Shown here in pieces: positions 13,127 through 26,161 of a stretch of 64,000 nt of DNA (the first letter of the stretch is position 1; each line of letters opens with the position of its first letter). The notes beneath the pieces were generated by a model, which had not been told where the DNA came from, did no database searches, and worked only from the letters and a program-made list of their open reading frames with translations. Made by a program: the position numbers and the translations under genes. Source of the DNA: Botryllus schlosseri (taxonomy: Eukaryota); the NCBI GenBank assembly GCA_051294905.1, contig CM119373.1, forward strand, positions 32,612,001-32,676,000, given 5' to 3'.

Positions 13127-13612
13127 GTTCGATACTAAAATAAAGACATACCGTACAAAAGCTCAATGACGGATCTAGGTAAGGAACATCGTTAAAGTAA
13201 ATACAGACCAATACCGGCTTTGCGTAAAATCTGTCAGCGATAAATGACCAGTCAGCTCTCACTCGACTTAGGAAACGAAATTACCACTAACAAAGTTCAG
13301 TGACAAACTTAAAACTTGTTAGAGCGTTCCATACTAACATTAGGACTAACCGTGCCCAATGCCTTGACCGATCTCGGTATGGAACATCGTCAAAATCAAT
13401 GGATACCAATACCGGCTTTTCAGTAAAATCTGTTTGCGATACATGACGGATCAGCACAGACTCAACTTCGGAAATGGAATTACTACCCTAATCTCCAAGT
13501 AGAAACCCTGAAACTTCGGGCACTGTTAAATACCACCATCACGACATAACATAGCAAGTTTCAAGAATTATCATGGTGTGAAACACCATCAAAATCGACC
13601 AATACCGGCAAA
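13127..13612. repeat. Diverged ~195 bp tandem repeat, about 2.5 copies
   Basis: ccaataccggc recurs at 13208, 13406 and 13599 with shared flanks (ggaacatcgt, gtaaaatctgt). Confidence 0.7.
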
Positions 13613-14089
13613 GGTCGACTAAACGCATCCTTGTTCAGATATAGATACGATTGTTACATCACACCTTAGGGGCGACAGGGTCATGTTGCCCCACTTGCTC
13701 GGTAATTTTATGAATAGGAGAGAGTAAATCTCCGTTTCTTTATTGTGCGCGGATTTGAGAGAATAGACATTGAAAGCTTGTTATGAGCGCTACCGGGCAT
13801 GCCCCGGCTATAGGCATTCGCAAAGCGAAAACGCAGAAGAGAATTCGATTTTCGCAGACGCTTCGCTATATTGTTGGTATTTACAAGCGAGAGGACAAGA
13901 AGAATGCGATTTTCACTGTGATTTCGGTATATATAGATTACTGGGCGTCTATGAATGGTAAAGAATTGTTATCGAACAGAATTTTAGGTGGGGCAATGCC
14001 GCAGTTGCCCTATAGGACGAGCTGCCGCTGCCGATTTTTTGCCTGTTGCATGTTGTTATTACTATTAAAGTGTTGAATGATGTTTATAG

Positions 14090-17000
14090 ATGTGGATGAG
14101 TGTGCATCAAGTACAGATAATTGTGCCGAAAACACTGCAACATGTACTAATACCGAAGGGTCATTCACATGCAGCTGCAATGATGGATATTATGGGGATG
14201 GAATGACTTGTCAAGGTTTGAATGAATTACATCCGACTTTTTTCTTTGCAGATGATGTTGCATGATATTGAATCCTCGAATAATCTTTTCAGATGTAGAT
14301 GAATGTACAGTAGATACAGATAATTGTGCCGAAAACACCGCAACATGTACCAATACCGTCGGGTCGTTCACATGCATCTGCAATGATGGATATTATGGGG
14401 ATGGAATGACTTGTCAAGGTTTGTTTGAGCTACGTCCGACTGTTTTCCTAATGGATGTTTTTATAAACTATTGAAGTGGTAAATGATGTTGATAGATGTG
14501 GATGAGTGTGCATCAAACACAGATAATTGTGCCGAAAACACCGCAACATGTACCAATACCGTCGGGTCGTTCACATGCATCTGCAATGATGGATATTATG
14601 GGGATGGAATGACTTGTCAAGGTTTGTTTGAACTACGTCCGACTGCTTTCTTAATGGATGTTTTTATATACTATTGAAGTGGTAAATGATGTTTATAGAT
14701 GTGGATGAGTGTGCATCAAACACAGATAATTGTGCCGAAAACACCGCAACATGTACCAATACCGAAGGGTCATTCACCTGCAGCTGCAATGATGGATATT
14801 ACGGGGATGGAACGACTTGTCAAGGTTTGAATGAATTACATCCGACTTTTTTCTTTGCAGATGATGTGGCATAATATTGAATCCTCGAATTATCTTTTCA
14901 GATGTAAATGAATGTACAGTAGATACAGATCATTGTGCCGAAAACACCGCAACATGTACCAATACCGTCGGGTCGTTCACATGCGGCTGTAATAATGGAT
15001 ATTCTGGGGATGGATCGACTTGTCAAGGTCTCCTTGACTTATATGCGACGTTTTACTTTGTAGATGATGTTGTATACCATTGAAGTCCTAATTTATCTTG
15101 ATAGATGTAGATGAGTGTGCAGCAGATACAGATAATTGTGTCGAAAGCACCGCAACCTGTACCAATACCGTCGGGTCATTCACATGCATCTGCAATGATG
15201 GATATTCTGGGGATGGAATGACTTGTCAAGGTCTGATTGAATTACGTCCGATTTTTGACCTAATGGATGTTGATATCACTATTGAAGTGTCAAATGATGT
15301 TTATAGATACGGATGAGTGTGCATCAAGTACAGATAATTGTGCAGAAAACACCGCAACATGTAATAACACCGTCGGGTCGTTCACATGCAGCTGCAATGA
15401 TGGATATTCTGGAGATGGAATGACTTGTCAAGGTTGATTGAATTGCATCCGACTTTATTCTTTCCTGATGATGTTGCATAATACTGAATCCATGAATTAT
15501 CTCTTCAGATGTAGATGAATGTGCAGTAGATACGGATAATTGTGCCGAAAAGACAGCAACCTGTACCAATACCATCGGCTCGTTCACATGCATCTGCAAT
15601 GATGGATATTCTGGGGATGGAATGACTTGTCAAGGTTTAATTGAATTACGTCTGATTTTTTTCCTAATGGATGTTGATATTACTATTGAAGTGTTAAATG
15701 ATGTTTATAGATGTGGATGAGTGTGCATCAAGTACAGATAATTGTGCTGAAAAAACCGCAACATGTACCAATAACGTCGGGTCGTTCACATGCATCTGCA
15801 ATGATGGATATTCTGGGGATGGAATGACTTGTCAAGGTTTGAATGAATTACATCCGACTTTTTTCTTTGCAGATGATGTTGCATGATATTGAATCCTCGA
15901 ATAATCTTTTCAGATGTAGATGAATGTACAGTAAATACAGATAATTGTGGCGAAAACACCGCAACATGTACCAATACCGTCGGGTCGTTCACATGCACCT
16001 GCAAAGATGGATATTCTGGGGATGGAATGACTTGTCAAGGTTTGATTGAAATACGTCCGATTTTTTTCTAATGCATGTTGATATTACTATTGAAGTGATA
16101 AATGATGTTTATAGATGCGGATGAGTGTGGATCAAGCAAGGATAATTGTGCGGAAAACACTGCAACATGTACTAATACCGAAGGGTCATTCACATGCATC
16201 TGCAATGATGGATATTCTGGGGATGGATTGACTTGTCAAGGTTTGATTGAATTACAACCGACTTTTTTCTTTGCAGATGATGTTGCATGATATTGAATCC
16301 TCGAATATTCTTTTCAGATGTAGATGAATGTACAGTAGATACAGATAATTGTGCCGAAAACACCGCAACATGTACCAATACCGTCGGGTCGTTCACATGC
16401 ATTTGCAATGATGGATATTATGGGGATGGAATGACTTGTAAAGGTTTGATTGAACTACGTCCGACTGTTTTCCTAATGGATGTTTTTATATACTATTGAA
16501 GTGGTAAATGATGTTTATAGATGTGGATGAGTGTGCATCAAACACAGATAATTGTGCCGAAAACACCGCAACATGTACCAATACCGTCGGGTCGTTCACA
16601 TGCATCTGCAATGATGGATATTATGGGGATGGAATGACTTGTCAAGGTTTGTATGAACTACGTCCGACTGCTTTCTTAATGGATGTTTTTATATACTATT
16701 GAAGTGGTAAATGATGTTCATAGATGTGGATGAGTGTGCATCAAACACAGATAATTGTGCCGAAAATACCGCAACATGTACCAACACCGTCGGGTCGTTC
16801 ACATGCATCTGCAATGATGGATATTCTGGGGATGGATTGACTTGTCTAGGTTTGATTGAATTACATCCGACTTTTTTCTTTGCAGATGATGTTGCATAAT
16901 ATTGAATCCTCGAATTATCTTTTCAGATGTAAATGAATGTACAGTAGATACAGATAATTGTGCCGAAAACACCGCAACATGTACCAATACCATCGGGTCG

Positions 17001-20000
17001 TTCACATGCGGCTGTAATAATGGATATTCTGGGGATGGATCGACTTGTCAAGGTCTCCTTGACTTATATGCGACGTTTTACTTTGTAGATGATGTTGTAT
17101 ACCATTGAAGTCCTAATTTATCTTGATAGATGTAGATGAGTGTGCAGCAGATACAGATAATTGTGCCGAAAACACCGCAACCTGTACCAATACCGCCGGG
17201 TCATTCACATGCATCTGCAATGATGGATATTCTGGGGATGGAATAACTTGTCAAGGTCGGATTGAATTACGTCCGATTTTTGACCTAATGGATGTTGATA
17301 TTACTATTGAAGTGTCAAATGATGTTTATAGATACGGATGAGTGTGCATCAAGTACAGATAATTGTGCTGCAAACACCGCAACATGTACTAACACCATCG
17401 GGTCGTTCACATGCAGCTGTAATGATGGATATTCTGGAGATGGAATGACTTGTCAAGGTTGATTGAATTGCATCCGACTTTATTTTTACCTGATGATGTT
17501 GCATAATACTGAATCCATGAATTATCTCTTCAGATGTAGATGAATGTGCAGTGAATACAGATAATTGTGCTAAAAAGACAGCAACCTGTACCAATACCGT
17601 CGGGTCGTTCACATGCATCTGCAATGATGGATATTCTGGGGATGCAATGACTTGTCAAGGTTTAATTGAATTACGTCTGATTTTTTTCCTAATGGATGTT
17701 GATGTTACTATTGAAGTGTTAAATGATGTTTATAGATGTGGATGAGTGTGCATCAAGTACAGATAATTGTGCTGAAAAAACCGCAACATGTACCAATAAC
17801 GTCGGGTCGTTCACATGCATCTGCAATGATGGATATTCTGGGGATGGAATGACTTGTCAAGGTTTGAGTGAATTGCATCTTACTTTTTTTTCTTTTTTAA
17901 TGATGTTGCATATTATTGAATCCTTGAATTATCTTTTCAGATGTAGATGAATGTGCAGTAGGTACAGATAATTGTGCCGAAAACACAGCAACATGTGCCA
18001 ATACCGTCGGGTCGTTCACATGTATCTGCAATGATGGATATTCTGGGGATGGATCGACTTGTCAAGGTTTACTTGACTTATATGCGACGTCTTACTTTGT
18101 AGATGATGTTGTATACCATTTAAGTCATAAATGATCTTGATAGATGTAGATGAGTGTGCAGTAGATACAGATAATTGTGCCGAAAACACCGCAACATGTA
18201 CCAATACCGTCGCGTCGTTCACGTGCATCTGCAATGGTGGATATTCTGGGGATGGAATGACTTGTCAAGGTTTGTTTAAACTACGTCCGACTGCTTTCTT
18301 AATGGATGTTTTCATATACTATTGAAGTGGTAAATGATGTTTATAGATGTGGATGAGTGTGCATCAAACACAGATAATTGTGCCGAAAATACCGCAACAT
18401 GTACCAACACCGTCGGGTCGTTCACATGCATCTGCAATGATGGATATTCTGGGGATGGATTGACTTGTGAAGGTTTGATTGAATTACATCCGACTTTTTT
18501 CTTTGCAGATGATGTTGCATGAAATTGAATCCTCGAATAATCTTTTCAGATACAGATGAATGTACAGTAGATACAGATTATTGTGCCAAAAACACTGCAA
18601 CATGTACTAATACCGAAGGATCATTCACCTGCAGCTGCAATGATGGATATTCTGGGGATGGAATGAATTGTCAAGGTCTGGTTGAATTACGTCCGATTTT
18701 TGACCTAATGGATGTTGATATTACTATTGAAGTGTCAAATGATGTTTATAGATACGGATGAGTGTGCATCAAGTACAGATAATTGTGCTGAAAACACCGC
18801 AACATGTAATAACACCGTCGGGTCGTTCACATGCAGCTGCAATGATGGATATTCTGGAGATGGAATGACTTGTGAAGGTTGATTGAATTGCATCCGACTT
18901 TATTCGTTCCTGATGATGTTGCATAATACTGAATCCATGAATTATCTCTTCAGATGTAGATGAATGTGCAGTAGATACGGATAATTGTGCCGAAAAGACA
19001 GCAACCTGTACCAATACCGTCGGGTCGTTCACATGCATCTGCAATGATGGATATTCTGGGGATGGAATGACTTGTCAAGGTTTAATTGAATTACGTCTGA
19101 TTTTTTTCCTAATGGATGTTGATGTTACTATTGAAGTGTTAAATGATGTTTATAGATGTGGATGAGTGTGCATCAAGTACAGATAATTGTGCTGAAAAAA
19201 CCGCAACATGTACCAATAACGCCGGGTCGTTCACATGCATCTGCAATGATGGATATTCTGGGGATGGAATGACTTGTCAAGGTTTAAATGAATTACATCC
19301 GACTTTTTTCTTTGCAGATGATGTAGCATGATATTGAATCCTCGAATAATCTTTTCAGATGTAGATGAATGTACAGTGGATACAGATAATTGTGGCGAAA
19401 ACACCGCAACATGTACCAATACCGTCGGGTCGTTCACATGCATCTGCAATGATGGATATTCTGGGGATGGAATGACTTGTCAAGGTTTGATTGAATTACG
19501 TCCGATTTTTTTCTAATGGATGTTGATATTACTGTTGAAGTGATTAATGATGTTTATAGATGCGGATGAGTGTGGATTAAGCAAGGATAATTGTGCGGAA
19601 AACACCGCAACATGTACTAATACCGAAGGGTCATTCACATGCATCTGCAATGATGGATATTCTGGGGATGGATTGACTTGTCAAGGTTTGATTGAATTAC
19701 ATCCAATTTTTTTCTTTGCAGATGATGTTGCATGATATTGAATCCTCGAATAATCTTTTCAGATGTAGATGAATGTACAGTAGATACAGATAATTGTGCC
19801 GAAAACACCGCAACATGTACCAATACCGTCGGGTCGTTCACATGCATCTGCAATGATGGATATTATGGGGATGGAATGACTTGTCAAGGTTTGTTTGAAC
19901 TACGTCCGACTGTTTTCCTAATGGATGTTTTTATATACTATTGAAGTGGTAAATGATCTTTATAGATGTGGATGAGTGTGCATCAAACACAGATAATTGT

Positions 20001-21316
20001 GCCGAAAACACCGCAACATGTACCAATACCGTCGGGTCGTTCACATGCATCTGCAATGATGGATATTATGGGGATGGAATGACTTGTCAAGGTTTAAATG
20101 AACTACGTCCGACTGCTTTCTTAATGGATGTTTTTATATACTATTGAAGTGGTAAATGATGTTTATAGATGTGGATGAGTGTGCATCAAACACAGATAAT
20201 TGTGCCGAAAATACCGCAACATGTACCGACACCGTCGGGTCGTTCACATGCATCTGCAATGATGGATATTCTGGGGATGGATTGACTTGTCAAGGTTTGA
20301 TTGAATTACATCCGACTTTTTTCTTTGCAGATGATGTTGCATGATATTGAATCCTCGAATAATATTTTCAGATGTAGATGAATGTACACATTGTACAGTT
20401 GATACAGATAATTGTTCCGAAAACACTGCAACATGTACTAATACCGAAGGGTCATTCACCTGCAGCTGCAATGATGGATATTACGGGGATGGAATGAATT
20501 GTCAAGGTTTGAATGAATAACATCCGACTTTTTTCTTTGCAGATGATGTTGCATAATATTGAATCCTCGAATTATCTTTTCAGATGTAAATGAATGTACA
20601 GTAGATACAGATAATTGTGCCGAAAACACCGCAACATGTACCAATACCGTCGGGTCATTCACATGCGGCTGTAATAATGGATATTCTGGGGATGGATCGA
20701 CTTGTCAAGGTCTCCTTGACTTATATGCGACGTTTTACTTTGTAGATGATGTTGTATACCATTGAAGTCCTAATTTATCTTGATAGATGTAGATGAGTGT
20801 GCAGCAGATACAGATAATTGTGTCGAGAACACCGCAACCTGTACCAATACCGTCGGGTCATTCACATGCATCTGCAATGATGGATATTCTGGGGATGGAA
20901 TGAATTGTCAAGGTCTGGTTGAATTACGTCCGATTTTTGACCTAATGGATGTTGATATTACTATTGAAGTGTCAAATGATGTTTATAGATACGGATGAGT
21001 GTGCATCAAGTACAGATAATTGTGCTGAAAACACCGCAACATGTAATAACACCGTCGGGTCGTTCACATGCAGCTGCAATGATGGATATTCTGGAGATGG
21101 AATGACTTGTGAAGGTTGATTGAATTGCATCCGACTTTATTCTTTCCTGATGATGTTGCATAATACTGATTCCATGAATTATCTCTTCAGATGTAGATGA
21201 ATGTGCAGTAGATACGGATAATTGTGCCGAAAAGACAGCAACCTGTACCAATACCGTCGGGTCGTTTAAATGCATCTGCAATGATGGATATTCTGGGGAT
21301 GGAATGACTTGTCAAG
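14090..21316 (+). CDS. cbEGF array 1, exons 4-39 (36 exons, 75-79 nt introns)
   Basis: Exon starts: 14090,14293,14496,14699,14902,15105,15307,15509,15711,15914,16115,16318,16521,16724,16927,17130,17332,17534,17736,17941,18144,18347,18550,18752,18954,19156,19359,19560,19763,19966,20169,20372,20584,20787,20989,21191. Each is 126 nt (20372 is 135 nt), AG/GT-bounded, open, with six conserved Cys. Confidence 0.93.
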
Positions 21317-21381
21317 GTTTAATTGAATTACGTCTGATTTTTTTCCTAATGGATGTTGATGTTACTATTGAAGTGTTAAAT

Positions 21382-22943
21382 CAGTGGTTCTTAACCTTTT
21401 TTCGTCCAGCGCCCCCTTTCAAAAATTATCGTGCTCCAGCGCCCCCCTCAACTTCATATTGTAAGGAATGTAATAAAGACAATGAGTAAGAGGGAGGGCC
21501 GTAACAGCACTTCGTCAACCCCCCTAAAAACGATTGCCTTGCACACCCATAGCGTGATAAATCGAATTTATAAGGGCTTCGCCCCCACGAACCCCATATC
21601 GTGATTTTGATGGTCAGCAAAGTTTGTGTGGCCTGGTCGCCCTAGGTACCAAAATTTGCTATAATGCATGGTAATTGCATATTTTCTATAATGTATGGTA
21701 ATTACATTTATAAGTCGCTATAAACTTTTTATCCTCTCAGCCCACGTAATCAGATTTACCAGTAGCACTGAGTGAGCTGTTGTATAGGAAAATAAGGGGC
21801 ACGTAATAATAATTAAACATATTCGGGCGTTCCCGCAGGTACAATTATTCGTTACCATGGCCGTAACAGCACTTCGTCAGCCCCCCTCCCCAAACATAAA
21901 ACGTTGGTCCTGGGCCCCCATCGGGTGATAAACCAAACTTCCGGGGACTTCTCTCCCAGACCCCCATTAGGATGTCCGCTATTTGCTGATAGCCTATTAG
22001 GTATCTACATTGGGTGTATATTTACTGAGGGAGCTATTCTCGCCTAGTCGCGCGAAGTGCGAAAAATTTCACTAATTAATGATTGAATTGGTCAATATCA
22101 TCGGGAATTGCATGTAAATTGAAATCAATTTTTATCCTCTCTCTGCTCACGTAAACACATTTACCGGTAGATCTGAGTTAGGTGCAATGTTCCCTCTAAG
22201 CTGCGCACGTGCGCAGTGCTGACACGGTCTCTGCGCACAGAAAATCTACGTTGCGCACAACAAATCCGGAGTTATTACCTTTTTTTAGTCGTTAGGCACT
22301 GTTGTCCAAGGGTGAGCGCAGTGAGTTCTTGAGTGTGCGCAGACTCATCAAAACTTAAAGCGAACATTGTGAGGTTTCTTGGAAGCTGTAGGGCCCGTTA
22401 CCAATAATTAAACATATTCGGGCAGGCGAACCCGTCGGTATGACCTCGTTGCATGATGTTATTTCGTGACCCCCTGTCTGCAATATCAAAAAATATAGAA
22501 TCGCTCAACGGGGATATCGCCTAACAGGAATGTCCCTGACGCCCAATCGTACTAAACTAAAAGACGCACACGATTTCAGATTGGTATTTCTTCACTGACA
22601 TATAATTTTTCCCTGCCAGATGGAATTCGTCTTCTGGGGTTCAGATTGCCAAGACAGGAACATTCGGTGTCAGTCATTTAGGCGGCCATGGCATGGACAA
22701 TTAAACCTATATGTATTTTGAAGGCTATATGTAACGAAGTTTTCGGTGTTAATTTGCTCTGAATACTCATTAAGGATATGTCCTATCACCACATCATCTA
22801 CTGCGAAGCCATTTTTCTCCAGCGCCCCCCATACCGCCCCCCTGAGCCCAGCGCCCCCCATATCGCCCCCTGAGCGTTTCCGCCCCCCTTCATAATCGCC
22901 AGCGCCCCCTGGGGGGCGCTGGGGGCAAGGTTAAGAACCACTG
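21382..22943. mobile_element. Non-autonomous hAT element (1562 bp) inside a 76 nt array intron, copy 1
   Basis: 17 bp TIR cagtggttcttaacctt; perfect TSD tgttaaat (21374-81, 22944-51). The empty site is seen in paralogous introns such as 27708-27783. Confidence 0.95.
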
Positions 22944-22962
22944 TGTTAAATGATGTTTATAG

Positions 22963-24516
22963 ATGTGGATGAGTGTGCATCAAGTACAGATAATTGTGCC
23001 GAAAACACCGCAACATGTACCAATACCGTCGGGTCGTTCACATGCATCTGCAATGATGGATATTATGGGGATGGAATGACTTGTCAAGGTTTGTTTGAAC
23101 TACGTCCGACTGTTTTCCTAATTGATGTTTTTATATACTATTGAAGTGGTAAATGATGTTTATAGATGTGGATGAGTGTGCATCAAACACAGATAATTGT
23201 GCCGAAAACACCGCAACATGTACCAATACCGTCGGGTCGTTCACATGCATCTGCAATGATGGATATTATGGGGATGGAATGACTTGTCAAGGTTTGTATG
23301 AACTACGTCCGACTGCTTTCTTAATGGATGTTTTTATATACTATTGTAGTGGTAAATGATGTTTATAGATGTGGATGAGTGTGCATCAAACACAGATAAT
23401 TGTGCCGAAAACACCGCAACATGTACCAATACCGTCGGGTCGTTCACATGCATCTGCAATGATGGATATTCTGGGGATGGATTGACTTGTCAAGGTTTGA
23501 TTGAATTACATCCGACTTTTTTCTTTGCAGATGATGTTGCATGATATTGAATCCTCGAATAATATTTTCAGATGTAGATGAATGTACACATTGTACAGTT
23601 GATACAGATAATTGTTCCGAAAACACTGCAACATGTACTAATACCGAAGGGTCATTCACCTGCAGCTGCAATGATGGATATTACGGGGATGGAATGAATT
23701 GTCAAGGTTTGAATGAATAACAGCCGACTTTTTTCTTTGCAGATGATGTTGCATAATATTGAATCCTCGAATTATCTTTTCAGATGTAAATGAATGTACA
23801 GTAGATACAGATAATTGTGCCGAAAACACCGCAACATGTACCAATACCGTCGGGTCATTCACATGCGGCTGTAATAATGGATATTCTGGGGATGGATCGA
23901 CTTGTCAAGGTCTCCTTGACTTATATGCGACGTTTTACTTTGTAGATGATGTTGTATACCATTGAAGTCCTAATTTATCTTGATAGATGTAGATGAGTGT
24001 GCAGCAGATACAGATAATTGTGTCGAGAACACCGCAACCTGTACCAATACCGTCGGGTCATTCACATGCATCTGCAATGATGGATATTCTGGGGATGGAA
24101 TGAATTGTCAAGGTCTGGTTGAATTACGTCCGATTTTTGACCTAATGGATGTTGATATTACTATTGAAGTGTCAAATGATGTTTATAGATACGGATGAGT
24201 GTGCATCAAGTACAGATAATTGTGCTGAAAACACCGCAACATGTAATAACACCGTCGGGTCGTTCACATGCAGCTGCAATGATGGATATTCTGGAGATGG
24301 AATGACTTGTGAAGGTTGATTGAATTGCATCCGACTTTATTCTTTCCTGATGATGTTGCATAATACTGATTCCATGAATTATCTCTTCAGATGTAGATGA
24401 ATGTGCAGTAGATACGGATAATTGTGCCGAAAAGACAGCAACCTGTACCAATACCGTCGGGTCGTTTAAATGCATCTGCAATGATGGATATTCTGGGGAT
24501 GGAATGACTTGTCAAG
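22963..24516 (+). CDS. cbEGF array 1, exons 40-47
   Basis: Starts 22963,23166,23369,23572 (135 nt),23784,23987,24189,24391; canonical splice sites, open frame. Confidence 0.9.
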
Positions 24517-24581
24517 GTTTAATTGAATTACGTCTGATTTTTTTCCTAATGGATGTTGATGTTACTATTGAAGTGTTAAAT

Positions 24582-26142
24582 CAGTGGTTCCTAACCTTTT
24601 TTCGTCCAGCGCCCCCTTTCAAAAATTATCGTGCTCCAGCGCCCCCCTCAACTTCATATTGTAAGGAATGTAATAAAGACAATGAGTAAGAGGGAGGGCC
24701 GTAACAGCACTTCGTCAACCCCCCTAAAAACGATTGCCTTGCACACCCATAGCGTGATAAATCGAATTTATAAGGGCTTCGCCCCCACGAACCCCATATC
24801 GTGATTTTGATGGTCAGCAAAGTTTGTGTGGCCTGGTCGCCCTAGGTACCAAAATTTGCTATAATGCATGGTAATTGCATATTTTCTATAATGTATGGTA
24901 ATTACATTTATAAGTCGCTATAAACTTTTTATCCTCTCAGCCCACGTAATCAGATTTACCAGTAGCACTGAGTGAGCTGTTGTATAGGAAAATAAGGGGC
25001 ACGTAATAATAATTAAACATATTCGGGCGTTCCCGCAGGTACAATTATTCGTTACCATGGCCGTAACAGCACTTCGTCAGCCCCCCTCCCCAAACATAAA
25101 ACGTTGGTCCTGGGCCCCATCGGGTGATAAACCAAACTTCCGGGGACTTCTCTCCCAGACCCCCATTAGGATGTCCGCTATTTGCTGATAGCCTATTAGG
25201 TATCTACATTGGGTGTATATTTACTGAGGGAGCTATTCTCGCCTAGTCGCGCGAAGTGCGAAAAATTTCACTAATTAATGATTGAATTGGTCAATATCAT
25301 CGGGAATTGCATGTAAATTGAAATCAATTTTTATCCTCTCTCTGCTCACGTAAACACATTTACCGGTAGATCTGAGTTAGGTGCAATGTTCCCTCTAAGC
25401 TGCGCACGTGCGCAGTGCTGACACGGTCTCTGCGCACAGAAAATCTACGTTGCGCACAACAAATCCGGAGTTATTACCTTTTTTTAGTCGTTAGGCACTG
25501 TTGTCCAAGGGTGAGCGCAGTGAGTTCTTGAGTGTGCGCAGACTCATCAAAACTTAAAGCGAACATTGTGAGGTTTCTTGGAAGCTGTAGGGCCCGTTAC
25601 CAATAATTAAACATATTCGGGCAGGCGAACCCGTCGGTATGACCTCGTTGCATGATGTTATTTCGTGACCCCCTGTCTGCAATATCAAAAAATATAGAAT
25701 CGCTCAACGGGGATATCGCCTAACAGGAATGTCCCTGACGCCCAATCGTACTAAACTAAAAGACGCACACGATTTCAGATTGGTATTTCTTCACTGACAT
25801 ATAATTTTTCCCTGCCAGATGGAATTCGTCTTCTGGGGTTCAGATTGCCAAGACAGGAACATTCGGTGTCAGTCATTTAGGCGCCCATGGCATGGACAAT
25901 TAAACCTATATGTATTTTGAAGGCTATATGTAACGAAGTTTTCGGTGTTAATTTGCTCTGAATACTCATTAAGGATATGTCCTATCACCACATCATCTAC
26001 TGCGAAGCCATTTTTCTCCAGCGCCCCCCATACCGCCCCCCTGAGCCCAGCGCCCCCCATATCGCCCCCTGAGCGTTTCCGCCCCCCTTCATAATCGCCA
26101 GCGCCCCCTGGGGGGCGCTGGGGGCAAGGTTAAGAACCACTG
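24582..26142. mobile_element. Same hAT element, copy 2 (1561 bp), produced by tandem duplication
   Basis: Near-identical to 21382-22943, with the same TSD and the same intron position. I saw only a handful of differences (a t>c in the left TIR, a 1 bp deletion, ggcggcc>ggcgccc). Confidence 0.93.
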
Positions 26143-26161
26143 TGTTAAATGATGTTTATAG

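Noticed and set aside
21304-26060. ORFs 21304-21620, 22670-22861 and their duplicates
   Set aside because: Short frames within the GC-rich ends of the non-autonomous hAT, with no transposase motifs.
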